Notes: generated by a model not told the origin, from the letters alone. A DNA stretch of 64,000 nt from an uncultured Bacteriovoracaceae bacterium (GCA_964600235.1 CAZRIV010000008.1:7683-71682); one strand, 5' to 3'. Counted from the first letter of the stretch, positions 22,425 through 33,273 are shown. A program made the numbers and translations.

Positions 22425-23180
22425 CTAGTGTCCTGAACCAGGATCGAAGCCTCCGGACTCGATTATGTAGCAGAACTGTTTCAGACCCAGCAGGTTGGCT
22501 ACGCCGGTGACGGTCACGCCGTAGAAATAGGTATCCCGGCCCGCGTCCAGTATCTCGTCAATGGTACCGTTCACGACCGTGCTCCCGGTGGCAAAGATCG
22601 CCTCGGCCCAGGCGGCGTTCTCGGAAAAACGTTCCGGCCCGTCGATCACGACACCACATTTGGTCGTTCCGATGTTCTCCGGGTTCAGGTCGCAGGCCCT
22701 TACGTTTTTCAGCTCCGTCAACTTTTCCAGGAAGCGCGGCTGCAAACCGACGAGCAGGACCTTGTCCGCTTTTATGGACTGGTGCTTCAGGCAATCGAGG
22801 AAGTGATCGGCGCATCTCATGAGATCGTTGTCCTTGCAGTGCAGCGACTCTGGTATCCTCCCCAGATAGGCCATGATGGCGTTCAGGGATGAAATGAAGA
22901 TGGCCCTGCGCGCGTTGGTTTCCAGGTTCAGAGCGAGCACGTCGCCGACCTTGCCGCTGTAGTTGAAACAGGAATCTGAAAAGGCCTGTCCCTTTCTGCC
23001 CATGAAATCGGCCTCGATGATCCTCTCTTTGCCCAGTTGGATGGGATAGTCGTCGTGAAGCGGATTTCCGATGGCCTCTTCGGGCGTCAGCGTCTTGCAG
23101 GTGATGGTTATTTCCCTGTCCTGGATATCCAGGTTGTCTATTATTTCCATGAGCTGTTTTCTCGCCTGTTCCAAGATCAT
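22425..23180 (-). CDS. DUF364/DUF4213 Rossmann-like domain protein (putative metal-chelation/cofactor-associated)
   Basis: 251-aa protein with two-domain DUF4213+DUF364 features (conserved Cys/His). Typical neighbour of metal/oxyanion ABC transporters. Confidence 0.7.
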   Translation of the reverse strand: MILEQARKQLMEIIDNLDIQDREITITCKTLTPEEAIGNPLHDDYPIQLGKERIIEADFMGRKGQAFSDSCFNYSGKVGDVLALNLETNARRAIFISSLNAIMAYLGRIPESLHCKDNDLMRCADHFLDCLKHQSIKADKVLLVGLQPRFLEKLTELKNVRACDLNPENIGTTKCGVVIDGPERFSENAAWAEAIFATGSTVVNGTIDEILDAGRDTYFYGVTVTGVANLLGLKQFCYIIESGGFDPGSGH

Positions 23181-23215
23181 GAACCGTCTTCCTCCTTATC
23201 CTTTGTGAATATGAA

Positions 23216-24001
23216 TCAGCGTTCGCCGGGGCTCTGTTTATAGCCGTATTTCTTTTTTATGTTTTGGGCTTCCGTCGAAACAAGAAACGCGGCAAAATGA
23301 CGGGCACGCTCGATGTCTTTTGCGTTCTTTAACACACATGCCGAATATACCACAGGCGGCACCTCTTTCATTTCATAGTAGCAGCCCGTTTTCCCCTGGT
23401 CAGTATAGGCATGCGCGAGTGAACAGAAGGCGGCATCCACAGCGCCTTCCGATGCATACTGAAATACCTGGGACAGGTCCGGCGCGTATACGAGCCTGGA
23501 CACAACAGAATCCCAGAGGCCGGCATCCTGAAGGGCCTTTTTCGCCCTTAATCCATGCACGGCTGTTTCAGGATTGGCTATGGCGATTTTCTTCACGTCC
23601 TTGCCCATGAGCGCAGACCGCCAGTCATGAAAGGTGCAGAAATTCCGGTTCGAAGACCAGAGGATGACCTCGCCTGTCGCATATATGAACGGCTTCTCGC
23701 ACAGTGCCTTTTCATGGAGCAGGTCAGGCCTCTCCCTGTCTGCGGAGAGGAAGATGTCATAGGGCGCCCCGTTGACGATCTGACCGTAGAATCTTCCTGC
23801 CGACGTATACGTGGGCACGATCTTGACGCCGGTTTTCGCCTCGTAGGCAGCCGCAATCTCTTCGAAGGGCATGATGAAGCCTGCCACGACGGCCGCGTTT
23901 ATCTTCTGGTCTGCAAAAGCCCGGCCCGGCATGAACATGAAATTTACACATACCATTACAAAAACCAGAACATACACGTACATCCGTTTTGATCGTTCCA
24001 T
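23216..24001 (-). CDS. modA: Molybdate ABC transporter substrate-binding protein ModA-like
   Basis: Signal peptide and a ModA-family fold (...INAAVVAGFIMPFEEIAAAYEAKTGVKIVPTYTSAG...). Orphan: its permease and ATPase are not adjacent. Confidence 0.8.
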   Translation of the reverse strand: MERSKRMYVYVLVFVMVCVNFMFMPGRAFADQKINAAVVAGFIMPFEEIAAAYEAKTGVKIVPTYTSAGRFYGQIVNGAPYDIFLSADRERPDLLHEKALCEKPFIYATGEVILWSSNRNFCTFHDWRSALMGKDVKKIAIANPETAVHGLRAKKALQDAGLWDSVVSRLVYAPDLSQVFQYASEGAVDAAFCSLAHAYTDQGKTGCYYEMKEVPPVVYSACVLKNAKDIERARHFAAFLVSTEAQNIKKKYGYKQSPGER

Positions 24002-24307
24002 AAATACGCTGCCCTCTCTTTCCCGAAATGAGATGCCGAAGCAAGAGTCTAAGGCGGGGTTTTATTTATGTCAAGTTTAACATAATTTAATGCGGCCCTC
24101 TGCCTCCTCCCTTCCGGATCATACCCCTGGCGAATGGACCCTGAAAGGGCAGGTGCGGAAAGGGGGGACTGTCCTGACTGACTTGAGCTTCCTGAATCAA
24201 ATCACGGTTTCACGGGGCGTCTGTTTTTCCTTTTCTCCCAGGAGAGTCTGTGGCAGCATGATCACGCCCACGGCCACCGGAAAATACTGTGAGAGGAAGG
24301 GGAAAGC

Positions 24308-24961
24308 ATGAACGACCTCAAAGAATACCTCATATCGACGGACACAATCGACTGCGGCCACGGGCAGATCCTCGCAAAGGCCCGCGAGCTCACCCTGGGC
24401 TGCGCCTCACAACGGGAAAAGGCGCTCAGGCTCTTTGCCTTTGTCCGCGACGAGATCCCCTACAACCTCTACATGATCTCGGTCTTCAGGGAAGACTTCA
24501 GGGCCTCGCGCGTCCTGGCGTGGGGCAAGGGCTACTGCGTCCAGAAGGCGGTACTGTTCACGGCCCTGGCCAGGGCCGCAGGCATCCCGGCGCGCCTGAC
24601 GTTTGCCAGGATCCGCAACCACAAGGCCCCGGCAAAGATCGTGGCATTCACCGGGACCAACATCTTCCCCCGCCACGGCTACACCCAGCTCTTCCTTGAT
24701 GGTGCATGGGTGAGCGTGGCGCCTACCTTTGACCGAGCCCTGTGCGAGAAGATCGGCGTGCCTGTCGTGGACTGGGACGGCCGCACCGACGCCACGCTGC
24801 CCGCGGAAGACCTCCAGGGAGGGAAGTACATCGAGTACATTGAAAAGTTCGGGCACTACGCCGACCTGCCCTTTGACTGGATCGTGGCCGAGACCTCGAA
24901 GAACGTGGGGAAGGACAAGAGGCCCTGGATAACAAGGGACGACATCCCCAGGGGATTATGA
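24308..24961 (+). CDS. Transglutaminase-like cysteine-peptidase superfamily protein
   Basis: Catalytic Cys context GKGYCVQKAVLFTALARAAGIPAR plus downstream His/Asp. Confidence 0.8.
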   Translation: MNDLKEYLISTDTIDCGHGQILAKARELTLGCASQREKALRLFAFVRDEIPYNLYMISVFREDFRASRVLAWGKGYCVQKAVLFTALARAAGIPARLTFARIRNHKAPAKIVAFTGTNIFPRHGYTQLFLDGAWVSVAPTFDRALCEKIGVPVVDWDGRTDATLPAEDLQGGKYIEYIEKFGHYADLPFDWIVAETSKNVGKDKRPWITRDDIPRGL

Positions 24962-25001
24962 GCATATCCCCCCGGATAAGCTCATCTTAGCGGCTCTCCC
25001 T

Positions 25002-26039
25002 TCAGAACATATGCACGGCGGACGTCTTGAACGAGATCTGCGCACGCGTGCCGATGTCCAGGCTAAGATCCACCGCAGAGCCCTTGGTCACAAGCGACCT
25101 GAACACCAGGGCCTGCACTGATACATGGACCTCGTAGAGAAAGCCCTGGTCGATGATACCGCTGATGATGCCTGTGAAGGAGTTGCGCATGCTCGACTCC
25201 AGGGGATCGAGGCTTATGACGATATCCTCGGGCCTGATGGCGAGGTAGCCGCTGGGATTATCGTGCCGGCGAGGGACCTCGACGGACAGGGCGCCCAGAT
25301 CTGCCGTAGTCCCGTTGAATACGGCCGGAAAGATGTTCTTCATGCCCACGAAGTCCGCCACGAAGGAGGACGAGGGCCTCTGGAAGATGTCCCGGATCGT
25401 CCCGGTCTGCATAATCGTGCCGCTGTTCATGACGGCCGCCCTGGTGGCGAGCGTCAGTGCCTCGGAAAAGTCATGCGTCACCATGAAAAAGGTGATGTGC
25501 GAGCTCTTGTGGATCTGCTTGAGCAGCAGCCGGATCTCCTCCCTGAAGCCCTGGTCCAGGGCAGAAAGCGGCTCATCCAGGAGGATCACCCTCGGTTCCA
25601 CCATGAGGGCCCTCGCCAGGGCCGAGCGCTGGAGCTCGCCGCCGCTGAGCGTCTCCGGGTGCCGGTGGAGCAGGTGGCCGATGCCGAGGTCATCCACGAG
25701 CTTTTTGAACCGCGCTCCGGCAGCTGCCCTGTCGTGCCGGTGATAGCGAAGGCCGTAGGTGATGTTGCTTTCGATGGTCAGGTGCGGGAACAGGGCATAG
25801 TCCTGGTACATGATGCCGATACCCCGCTTCTCCGGAGGCAGCCTCGTGATGTCCCTGCCTCCCACCACGATGCTCCCGCCGAGGACCGGGACCAGCCCTG
25901 CAATGGCCTCCAGCAGGACGGTCTTGCCGGCGCCGGTGGGGCCCATGAGCACGAAGAACCCGCCTTCTTCTATGGAGAGGTCGATGTCCTTGAGGCGGAA
26001 TTCGCCAAGATGAACCTTCAGTCCCCTGATATCGATCAT
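25002..26039 (-). CDS. Molybdate/tungstate ABC transporter ATP-binding protein with C-terminal TOBE domain (ModC/WtpC-like)
   Basis: Walker A GPTGAGKT, LSGGELQRSALARAL, Walker B ILLDEP, a C-terminal TOBE fold, and an ATGA overlap with the permease gene. The start is taken at MIDIRGL. Confidence 0.9.
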   Translation of the reverse strand: MIDIRGLKVHLGEFRLKDIDLSIEEGGFFVLMGPTGAGKTVLLEAIAGLVPVLGGSIVVGGRDITRLPPEKRGIGIMYQDYALFPHLTIESNITYGLRYHRHDRAAAGARFKKLVDDLGIGHLLHRHPETLSGGELQRSALARALMVEPRVILLDEPLSALDQGFREEIRLLLKQIHKSSHITFFMVTHDFSEALTLATRAAVMNSGTIMQTGTIRDIFQRPSSSFVADFVGMKNIFPAVFNGTTADLGALSVEVPRRHDNPSGYLAIRPEDIVISLDPLESSMRNSFTGIISGIIDQGFLYEVHVSVQALVFRSLVTKGSAVDLSLDIGTRAQISFKTSAVHMF

Positions 26040-26821
26040 GCGGCCTTCTTTCCGGGCAGGGCGAGTACCCTCAGCGCCAGGAACAGCGTCAGGCACACCA
26101 GCACCAGCCATACCGCCACGGGCTGGGAGTACCTGAGCCCGTACGCCTCGTAGCGTTCATAGATGAGCACCGGCGCGATCATGGGGTGGTAGGCCACCAC
26201 CACCACGGCCCCGAACTCGCTGATGGCACGCGCACAGCACATGATGAGCCCCGCCAGGACGCTGCGCCAGGCAAGGGGGAAGGTGATGCGGGCAAAGGTG
26301 CTCCACATGGGGGCGCCAAGGCTCCGGGAGACGTTCTCCAGCCGGGGGGAGATGGCCTCGATCCCGCTCTTGAGCGCATTGATGTAGAAGGGCATGCCCA
26401 CGAAGGTAAGGACGGTGATGATCCCCGTGGTGCTGCCCATGATCCTGATGCCGAGCTCGCTCATGAACTGGCCCAGCCAGTGGTTCCTGCCGGCCACGCC
26501 CAGGATGGCGATGCCGACCACGGGGTGCGGGATCACGATGGGCAGGTCGATGATGCCCTCGATGAGGTGCTTGCCCCTGAAGGTCGAGCGGGCGAGCACA
26601 TAGGCCAGCGGCGTACCGATCACGAAGGATATGGAGGCGGCCGCGACCGCCGTGTATATGCTCAGCCAGATCGAGTGTATGACTGTCTTATCTTTGAGCG
26701 TTTCCTTGAGCATGGCAAAGGAGGGGGCCGTCAGCATCTCCACGAGCGGCAGGAGAATGAATGCCATGACCATGATGCCGCAGGACACCGACACCCAGAA
26801 AAACGGTTCCCTCCTCGCCAT
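26036..26821 (-). CDS. Molybdate/tungstate ABC transporter permease (ModB/WtpB-like)
   Basis: 6-TM permease with EAA motif region ...SRSLGAPMWSTFARITFP... Confidence 0.9.
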   Translation of the reverse strand: MARREPFFWVSVSCGIMVMAFILLPLVEMLTAPSFAMLKETLKDKTVIHSIWLSIYTAVAAASISFVIGTPLAYVLARSTFRGKHLIEGIIDLPIVIPHPVVGIAILGVAGRNHWLGQFMSELGIRIMGSTTGIITVLTFVGMPFYINALKSGIEAISPRLENVSRSLGAPMWSTFARITFPLAWRSVLAGLIMCCARAISEFGAVVVVAYHPMIAPVLIYERYEAYGLRYSQPVAVWLVLVCLTLFLALRVLALPGKKAA

Positions 26822-26834
26822 AACGGTCTGCCTG

Positions 26835-27824
26835 TCAGTCCTTCACTTCCACGAACCCTTTGAGCTCTGCGGGCAGTGAGGATTTCATCTGTTCGGTGGG
26901 GACCCGGCAGGGGATGAAGGGCGGCTGGCCCTGGTCCTTCAGAACCTTCAGGCCTCCTTTGGGGTCGAGCAGGTACTTGAGGAACGCGATGGCCGCCTCT
27001 CTGTTCGGTGCATCCTTGATGAGGGTGACCCCGTACGTGACCGACTCGCCCTTCATGTCCATGAACTCGCCGGGATTCTTCCCCGTCACCTTCACCACGG
27101 CCTGGGAATAGAACTGATCCTTCTTGTAGTCGCCCAGGTTGATGTCGTCGGGGAGCACCACATACTTCAACCCGTGCTGCACGGCCACGGAGAGGTACTC
27201 CCACGCATAGTCCATGTTGCCGGTCTGGAGCAAAGACACCAGCTCCACCGACTTGGGCCTAACATTAGCCTGGGGGCGGTTGGCGAGCATCTGGTCGTTG
27301 AGCCCGGGCTTCTTGTAGTACTTCTCCGCCAGCTGGAGCACCATCAGAGCGCGGTAGCCACAGGGATCGAGGTTCGGGTCCGAGTGACCCCAGACAACCC
27401 CCTTTTTCTGCAGGATCTCGTACCAGTTGTCGGCATTCACCTCCTTGGCGAACCTGCTCTTGTCCGTGTAGCAGAGCACGAGCTGGTTGGTGGCGAACCG
27501 GATGTTCCAGTCGGCATGCTTGGGGATGAGCAGCTTGTCGATAACCTTGAAATCCGCCGATGCCATGATGTCGCAGGGCTTTTTCAGGTCGGTTATCTTG
27601 CGCGCCGCTGCCTGGCTGCCGCTGGCCTCGCGCTGCAGGTCAACGCCCGGATACATGGCCTCGAACTCCTTCTCCATGGTCTCGAAGGGCATGGTGAGGC
27701 TCCCTGCATGGAACATGACCACGGTCCCCTTGGGCCCTGCCAGGGCGCTCTTCGGTGCCATGAAGGCAATGACTCCCAGGACGATGAACAGCACAGCTAC
27801 CTTATTGCCGAATGAATTCCTCAT
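26835..27824 (-). CDS. Tungstate/molybdate ABC transporter substrate-binding protein (WtpA-like)
   Basis: Signal peptide and a VVMFHAGSL motif characteristic of WtpA-type oxyanion binders. It is first in the wtpABC-like operon. Confidence 0.8.
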   Translation of the reverse strand: MRNSFGNKVAVLFIVLGVIAFMAPKSALAGPKGTVVMFHAGSLTMPFETMEKEFEAMYPGVDLQREASGSQAAARKITDLKKPCDIMASADFKVIDKLLIPKHADWNIRFATNQLVLCYTDKSRFAKEVNADNWYEILQKKGVVWGHSDPNLDPCGYRALMVLQLAEKYYKKPGLNDQMLANRPQANVRPKSVELVSLLQTGNMDYAWEYLSVAVQHGLKYVVLPDDINLGDYKKDQFYSQAVVKVTGKNPGEFMDMKGESVTYGVTLIKDAPNREAAIAFLKYLLDPKGGLKVLKDQGQPPFIPCRVPTEQMKSSLPAELKGFVEVKD

Positions 27825-27894
27825 ACAAATTCCTCCTCATGTATAGATTTTTTGGATGCTCCCCATAACTCAGGCCGTGCCTTCCCTTCTGCGA

Positions 27895-28848
27895 TCACGC
27901 GCTGAAGGTCAGCCTGGTCCCGGACATGTTCAGGATGAACTGCCCCGGCATCTCGCGCTCCATGTGCATGATGGCCTTGCGGCCCGTGCAGTGCGTGGGC
28001 ACCACGTAGAGCGGATTCATGCCCTTGAGCTCGCCTACGGTCCGCTCGATGATGGGCTCGAAGAAGGGCCCGCTCAGGTGGAACCCGCCCATGACCGTGC
28101 ACACCCTGTCCACGCCGGTTTCCTTCATGGCATGGCGGACCGTGTTCACCACGCCCGCGTGGGCGCACCCGGTGAGGACCACGAGGCCCTTGCCCTTCAC
28201 GTTCACCGCGATGCCGGTGTCGTCCTCGATGGCGTCCCACTGTTCCTTGCCTGCCTCCTCGCGATGGGCGATGGGAAAGCCCTTCTCGAAGTCGGTAATT
28301 CTGGGTATCTCGCCGAGAAACAGTGCCTGGCCGTCCAGAAGGGGGTAGGGATCGGTGGTCTCCTTGAGGGTGTAGCCCTCCTTGAGTACGGTGTCTCTGG
28401 TGAACTCGGGGAAGTAGACCTTGAGCTCCTCGCCGAACTTCAGGTACCGTGGCTTCATGAAGACGCCGGGGTGACAGACGAACTCGAGTCCTAACCTGTT
28501 CTCCCCCATGAGAGAACTGAACATATGAATCCCCCCGGTGTGGTCCGAATGCCCATGAGACAACACCACGGCCTTGACGGCACTCATGTCAGCACCCAGC
28601 ATGACTGCGTTCCGGGCAGCCCCGTCCTCGGAGAACCCGAAGTCGAAGAGCAGGGACGATGCCTTGCCCTCGGCATGGACCGTAACAAAGGCCGAGAACC
28701 CGTGCTCGGCCAGGATGGAGTTCTTGATCTGCATGTCCTTCAAGGGTGTTGCCCTCTGTACCACGGCCGAGTTGTCCAGGGCCGTGATATCGATGTAGTT
28801 GTCCTGCAGGGTCAGGATCTCCACCTTGTCCACCTCGCGAATCTTCAT
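27895..28848 (-). CDS. MBL-fold metallo-hydrolase
   Basis: HxHxDH motif LSHGHSDHTGG and downstream His/Asp ligands. RBS AAGGAGG 5 nt before ATG 28848 (MKIREV...). Confidence 0.8.
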   Translation of the reverse strand: MKIREVDKVEILTLQDNYIDITALDNSAVVQRATPLKDMQIKNSILAEHGFSAFVTVHAEGKASSLLFDFGFSEDGAARNAVMLGADMSAVKAVVLSHGHSDHTGGIHMFSSLMGENRLGLEFVCHPGVFMKPRYLKFGEELKVYFPEFTRDTVLKEGYTLKETTDPYPLLDGQALFLGEIPRITDFEKGFPIAHREEAGKEQWDAIEDDTGIAVNVKGKGLVVLTGCAHAGVVNTVRHAMKETGVDRVCTVMGGFHLSGPFFEPIIERTVGELKGMNPLYVVPTHCTGRKAIMHMEREMPGQFILNMSGTRLTFSA

Positions 28849-28934
28849 GGATACCTCCTTCACGTTCATCCGGGTGCGGCCTGGCATGGCCGCACCCGAT
28901 TCTCGTCAGCGAATCGATCCAAACCGCCGGGGCA

Positions 28935-30635
28935 TCACTTCTCCTTGGCGTAGGGCCAGGCCACGATGCCGCCCTCCATGACCTTGACGTTGGTCCAGCC
29001 GTTGGCCTCGAGCACCAGGGCCGCTTCGTAACCTCTGAGCGAGATCTTGCAGTAGCAGATGATCTCCCTGTCCTTGTCCTGGGGAAGCTCACCAAGCCGC
29101 TTCCTCAAGGCCCCGAGCGGGATCAGGGTCTCTCCGATGCCCAGGCGCATCTGTTCGTATTCGTCAGGGCCCCGGGCATCGAGGAAGAAGGGCCGGTCCT
29201 TCTCGTCCAGTTTCTTTCTCACCTCCATGGGCGAGATACCCTTGAGCCTGCCCTTGAGCTTGTTCTGCATGAGGTGGGCCGTGGCGATGAAGTGGTCGAT
29301 GGCAAGAGAGAAGGGGGGCGCGTAGGGGAGGTCGGCGTTCACGATGTCCTCCACGTGCATGCGCGCCTGGATGGCCATGGCCCACTGGGCGATCTGCTTG
29401 GCCACGTTGCCGGGTCCGATGCACTGAGCGCCCAGGATCTTCCCGCTCGACCGCTCGGCCACGAGCTTGGTGATGATGAGCTCCCCGCCCATGAAGTTCG
29501 GCCTGTCCGTGCTCGCGTTCATTACGGTAATGATGTCCTCGATGCCGTTCTTCTTCGCAGCGGTCTCGGACAGACCCGTGGAGCCCGCAGAGAAGTCGAA
29601 GACCTTGCAGATGCCGGTCTGTATGGTGCCCGGGAAGGTGACCGTGTTGCCGACAACGGCGTTTTCCCCCGCTACCCTGCCCTGGAGGTTCGCCAGGTCG
29701 CCGTAGGGTGCCAGCACCTTTCTGCCCGTGATGCGGTTAAGGGTCTCCACGCAGTCGCCCACGGCATAGATGTCCGCATCGGACGTCTGCATGTACTCGT
29801 TCACCTCGATGCCGCCCGTGGCCCCGATGGTGAGGCCGGCCTCTTTCGCGAGCTTCACGTTCGGGCTCACGCCGATGGCCACCACGGCCAGGTCGCAGGG
29901 CAGTTCGGTGCCGTTGGACAGTTTCACCCCGGTGAGCGTGCCGTTCTCGCCCAGGAACTCGGCGATGCCGTTGCCCGTGATCACGTTGGCGTTCTTGGTC
30001 CGCACGTGGTTCTCCACGAGCTTTGCCAGATCCCAGTCAAGGAAGGTGAGCAGCTGGGGCAGCATTTCGATGACCGTGATCTCGATGCCCGCCAGTTCCA
30101 GTGCCTCGCAGGTCTCGATGCCGATGAGTCCGCCGCCGATGATGGCCGCCTTCTTGATAATGCCTTCGTCGCGTACCTTGCGCAGGAAGTCGGCGTCCTT
30201 CATGGACTGCAGGGTGGTGATGCCCTTGAGGTTCGTACCAGGGATGGGGGGCATCTTGGGCGTGGCGCCGGTTGAGATGATGAGCCTGTCGTAGGCCATG
30301 CTGCCGGTCTCGCCGGTGGCAAGGTTCCGGTAGCTCACCGTGTGCGCCTTCCTGTCGATGCCGGTCACCTCGGTGAGCGTCCGCGCATCGATGGCCTTGG
30401 CGTTCAGGTAAAACTTCGGGTCCCGCACGATGCCGGCCGGCGTGCACAACAGCATGTTGCGGTCGTCGAAGTATCCGCCCACGTAATAGGGATACCCGCA
30501 GGACGCCATGGACAGGTCCGCTTCCTTCTGGAAGATCACCACCTCCGCATGCTCGTCCATGCGCCTTGCCTTTGCCGCAGCCTTGGGCCCGGCCGCGGAC
30601 CCGCCGATTACCACTATCCTCTTTCTGTCTACCAA
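28935..30635 (-). CDS. CoA-disulfide reductase / NADH-dependent persulfide reductase with C-terminal rhodanese domain (CoADR-RHD)
   Basis: FAD motif VVIGGSAAG, single redox Cys SMASCGYPYY, an NAD(P) GxGxxG, and a C-terminal rhodanese with active Cys (ICYCKISLRG). Confidence 0.85.
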   Translation of the reverse strand: MVDRKRIVVIGGSAAGPKAAAKARRMDEHAEVVIFQKEADLSMASCGYPYYVGGYFDDRNMLLCTPAGIVRDPKFYLNAKAIDARTLTEVTGIDRKAHTVSYRNLATGETGSMAYDRLIISTGATPKMPPIPGTNLKGITTLQSMKDADFLRKVRDEGIIKKAAIIGGGLIGIETCEALELAGIEITVIEMLPQLLTFLDWDLAKLVENHVRTKNANVITGNGIAEFLGENGTLTGVKLSNGTELPCDLAVVAIGVSPNVKLAKEAGLTIGATGGIEVNEYMQTSDADIYAVGDCVETLNRITGRKVLAPYGDLANLQGRVAGENAVVGNTVTFPGTIQTGICKVFDFSAGSTGLSETAAKKNGIEDIITVMNASTDRPNFMGGELIITKLVAERSSGKILGAQCIGPGNVAKQIAQWAMAIQARMHVEDIVNADLPYAPPFSLAIDHFIATAHLMQNKLKGRLKGISPMEVRKKLDEKDRPFFLDARGPDEYEQMRLGIGETLIPLGALRKRLGELPQDKDREIICYCKISLRGYEAALVLEANGWTNVKVMEGGIVAWPYAKEK

Positions 30636-30683
30636 GCGATCCTCCTCAGGTCTTGTATGATTTTTCTTTATGGTGCGCTAAAC

Positions 30684-31022
30684 TCAGTGGTCGCAGGCGT
30701 TCTGTCCACCCTGGAGCCTGCCCGCCAGGTACTCCTCCACCAGGGCCTCCGGGGCCAGGGCAGGGGCGCCCACAAAGACGTCGATACCCTGCTGGTTGAA
30801 CAGGGCAATGGCCCGCTGGCCCATACCGCCTGCGATGACGAAGGTGGCGCCGCGCTCGGCGAGCCAGGGGGGAAGCAGGCCGGGCTGGTGAGGCGGGGCC
30901 TGGAGGTCTTCCCGGCCCTTAATCTTCTTGGTGTCCGGGTCCACGTCGATGAGCGCGAAGCGCTCGCAGTGTCCGAAGTGCATGCACAGTGTTCCGTTTG
31001 CCAGGGGTATTGCGATTTTCAT
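30684..31022 (-). CDS. NifX/NifB-like dinitrogenase FeMo-cofactor-biosynthesis-domain protein
   Basis: MKIAIPLANGTLCMHFGHCERFALIDVD... and ...FVIAGGMGQRAIALFNQQGIDV match the PF02579 fold. Confidence 0.8.
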   Translation of the reverse strand: MKIAIPLANGTLCMHFGHCERFALIDVDPDTKKIKGREDLQAPPHQPGLLPPWLAERGATFVIAGGMGQRAIALFNQQGIDVFVGAPALAPEALVEEYLAGRLQGGQNACDH

Positions 31023-31074
31023 ATATATTCTCCTTGTTCAGATAAGAGTTTTTTCTCCGTTTAAAAAAGTGTGC

Positions 31075-32361
31075 CTACTCTTCCTGCAGCTCCAGGAAGA
31101 GCTGTTCGACGATGTCCCGCATGGCGCCTGCCGTGGGGGTTTTCGCGTAATGGTGGATAAACGCGAACCCGTCGTCGCCCGCCTCTGCCACCTGGGGGTC
31201 CATGGGGATGGCCCCGAGGAAGGGCACGGCCATGTCCTCGGCGATGCCCCTTCCGCCGCCGCTTCTAAGGACCGGCGTGTACTGGCCGCAGTGCGGGCAC
31301 ACGAACCCGCTCATGTTCTCCACCACCCCGAGTACGGGCACCGAGAGCTCATGGCAGAACGAGACCGACTTGCGGACATCCACCGCGGCCACCTTCTGGG
31401 GCGTGGTGACCACCACCGCGCCGTCAACCCCGCCCAGCAGCTGGCAGATGGAGAGCGGCTCGTCTCCTGTTCCCGGAGGCAGGTCCACGATGAGGTAGTC
31501 CAGGTCTCCCCAGGCCACGTCCTTGAGGAACTGCTTGAGCGCCCCCATCTTCATGGGCCCGCGCCAGATCACGGCATCGTCCCTGTTACGCAGAAAGAAC
31601 CCCAGGGACATGACCTTGAGCCCGCCCACATCCACGGGCAGCAGCTCACCGGGCTCACCGTCCACCCTCCTGCCCTCCAGGCCCAGCATGGTGGGCACAC
31701 TCGGGCCGTGGATATCCGCGTCCAGCAGGCCCACTGTCCAGCCGTCCATCATGAGGGCAACGGCCAGGTTCACGGCCACGGTGCTCTTGCCGACCCCTCC
31801 CTTGCCCGAAAGCACCACGATCTTGTGCCTGATCCGGCAGAGCCTCTGCTCAAGCTTCTGCCGATCCGCAAAGTCGGCGTCGCTCTCGCCCTGATTGCGT
31901 CTCTTGGCCGAGCACGATGCATCCGTACAGGTTCCGCAGCTCTGGCCCGCCTTGCGCGTCTTCCGGGCTTCGCGCACCGTCCGGCCTTTGCCGTAAGCAT
32001 CGAGGGCGGCCTTCAGGGTATCCGAAGCCAGCAGGGCACAGTGTTCGACCTCGCCCGGCAGGCCTCCCAGGGCGTCGATGATCTCCTTCTGCCCGAACTG
32101 CGACACCTCTCTCACGTCCCTGCCCGAGGCAAGGGAGGTGGCCATGCTCCCGCAGGCCCGCGAAGGTCCGCAACCGGTGGTGGTGAACGACGCCCGCTCC
32201 ACAATGTCGTCCCGGACAAGGAGCCAGAACTCCATGGTGTCTCCGCAGGGACCTGTGATGCGCGCGTGGGCGTTGAACCTGGGCAGGCCCCCCTCGTTTC
32301 GGGGCTTTTCCGCGTGCTCGCGCACCACGGGGGACAGGTTCAGTTCTTCATGCATTTCCAT
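31075..32361 (-). CDS. Fe-S cluster scaffold/carrier fusion: N-terminal NifU/IscU-like domain + Mrp/NBP35 (ApbC) P-loop ATPase
   Basis: IscU-type ligands GPCGDTMEF, TGCGPSRACGS and HCALLA. Then Mrp Walker A SGKGGVGKST and the C-terminal CPHC of ApbC. Confidence 0.85.
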   Translation of the reverse strand: MEMHEELNLSPVVREHAEKPRNEGGLPRFNAHARITGPCGDTMEFWLLVRDDIVERASFTTTGCGPSRACGSMATSLASGRDVREVSQFGQKEIIDALGGLPGEVEHCALLASDTLKAALDAYGKGRTVREARKTRKAGQSCGTCTDASCSAKRRNQGESDADFADRQKLEQRLCRIRHKIVVLSGKGGVGKSTVAVNLAVALMMDGWTVGLLDADIHGPSVPTMLGLEGRRVDGEPGELLPVDVGGLKVMSLGFFLRNRDDAVIWRGPMKMGALKQFLKDVAWGDLDYLIVDLPPGTGDEPLSICQLLGGVDGAVVVTTPQKVAAVDVRKSVSFCHELSVPVLGVVENMSGFVCPHCGQYTPVLRSGGGRGIAEDMAVPFLGAIPMDPQVAEAGDDGFAFIHHYAKTPTAGAMRDIVEQLFLELQEE

Positions 32362-32362
32362 A

Positions 32363-33265
32363 TCATCCGCCCGAATGGGTTATATTCTTCCAGAGTTCCC
32401 TGATGTCTTGGGCGGCAGGACAATCCGTCTCCACCACGGTCAGCGATGCCACCTGCGCCGTTGTCACCCCGGCATCGTAGCGGATGCGGCCCGCGATCCT
32501 GACTCCGCCCCGGCTCGCCATCTCATCGATACGGCAGGTCAGATCAGGGTTGATGTCCCACTTGTTCACGCACACTGCAGAGGGTATGTCGAAGTGCCTT
32601 GCCAGGGCTAGGACACGCTCCAGGTCGTGCTCGCCCGACACGGTGGGCTCGGTGACGACAAGCACCATGCTGGCCCCGCCCATGGATGCGATGACCGGGC
32701 AGCCGATGCCGGGAGGCCCGTCCACGATGATCATGGACCGACCCTGTTCTTCGGCGATGCGGCGGGCCTCTTTACGCACCATGGAGACCAGCTTGCCCGA
32801 GTTCTCTGCCGCGATGCCCAGGCGGGCGTGGACCATGGGGCCGCACCTGGTCCGCGAGATCATCCAGTGCCCGCAGGAGCGCTCGGGAAAATCGATGGCC
32901 TTTTCCGGGCAGAACTGCACGCACACCCCGCACCCTTCGCACGAGACCGGGTCAATGCGATACGTGCGAATATCCTCTCCGTCCTGGCGCAGGCCGATGG
33001 CGCCGAACCGGCACAGGTCACTGCAGATCCCGCACCCCGTGCAGTCCGAGGCCCTGATAACGGCCTCGCGCCCGCTGATGAACTCGTGCCGTTCGATCTC
33101 CTGCGGCCTTAAAAGCAGATGCAGATCAGCGGCATCCACGTCGCAGTCCGCGACCACGGAGTTGCCGGCCAGCACGGCCAGCGAAGCAGCCAGGCTGGTC
33201 TTGCCCGTGCCACCCTTGCCGCTTATGACGACCAGTTCGCGGACGCTCTGCGTGTCTATGCCCAT
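32363..33265 (-). CDS. MinD/ParA-superfamily P-loop ATPase with inserted 2x[4Fe-4S] ferredoxin domain
   Basis: The start is taken at MGIDTQSV... Walker A SGKGGTGKTS, then CTGCGICSDLC and CEGCGVCVQFCP ferredoxin motifs. Confidence 0.8.
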   Translation of the reverse strand: MGIDTQSVRELVVISGKGGTGKTSLAASLAVLAGNSVVADCDVDAADLHLLLRPQEIERHEFISGREAVIRASDCTGCGICSDLCRFGAIGLRQDGEDIRTYRIDPVSCEGCGVCVQFCPEKAIDFPERSCGHWMISRTRCGPMVHARLGIAAENSGKLVSMVRKEARRIAEEQGRSMIIVDGPPGIGCPVIASMGGASMVLVVTEPTVSGEHDLERVLALARHFDIPSAVCVNKWDINPDLTCRIDEMASRGGVRIAGRIRYDAGVTTAQVASLTVVETDCPAAQDIRELWKNITHSGG

Positions 33266-33273
33266 AGCCTGAT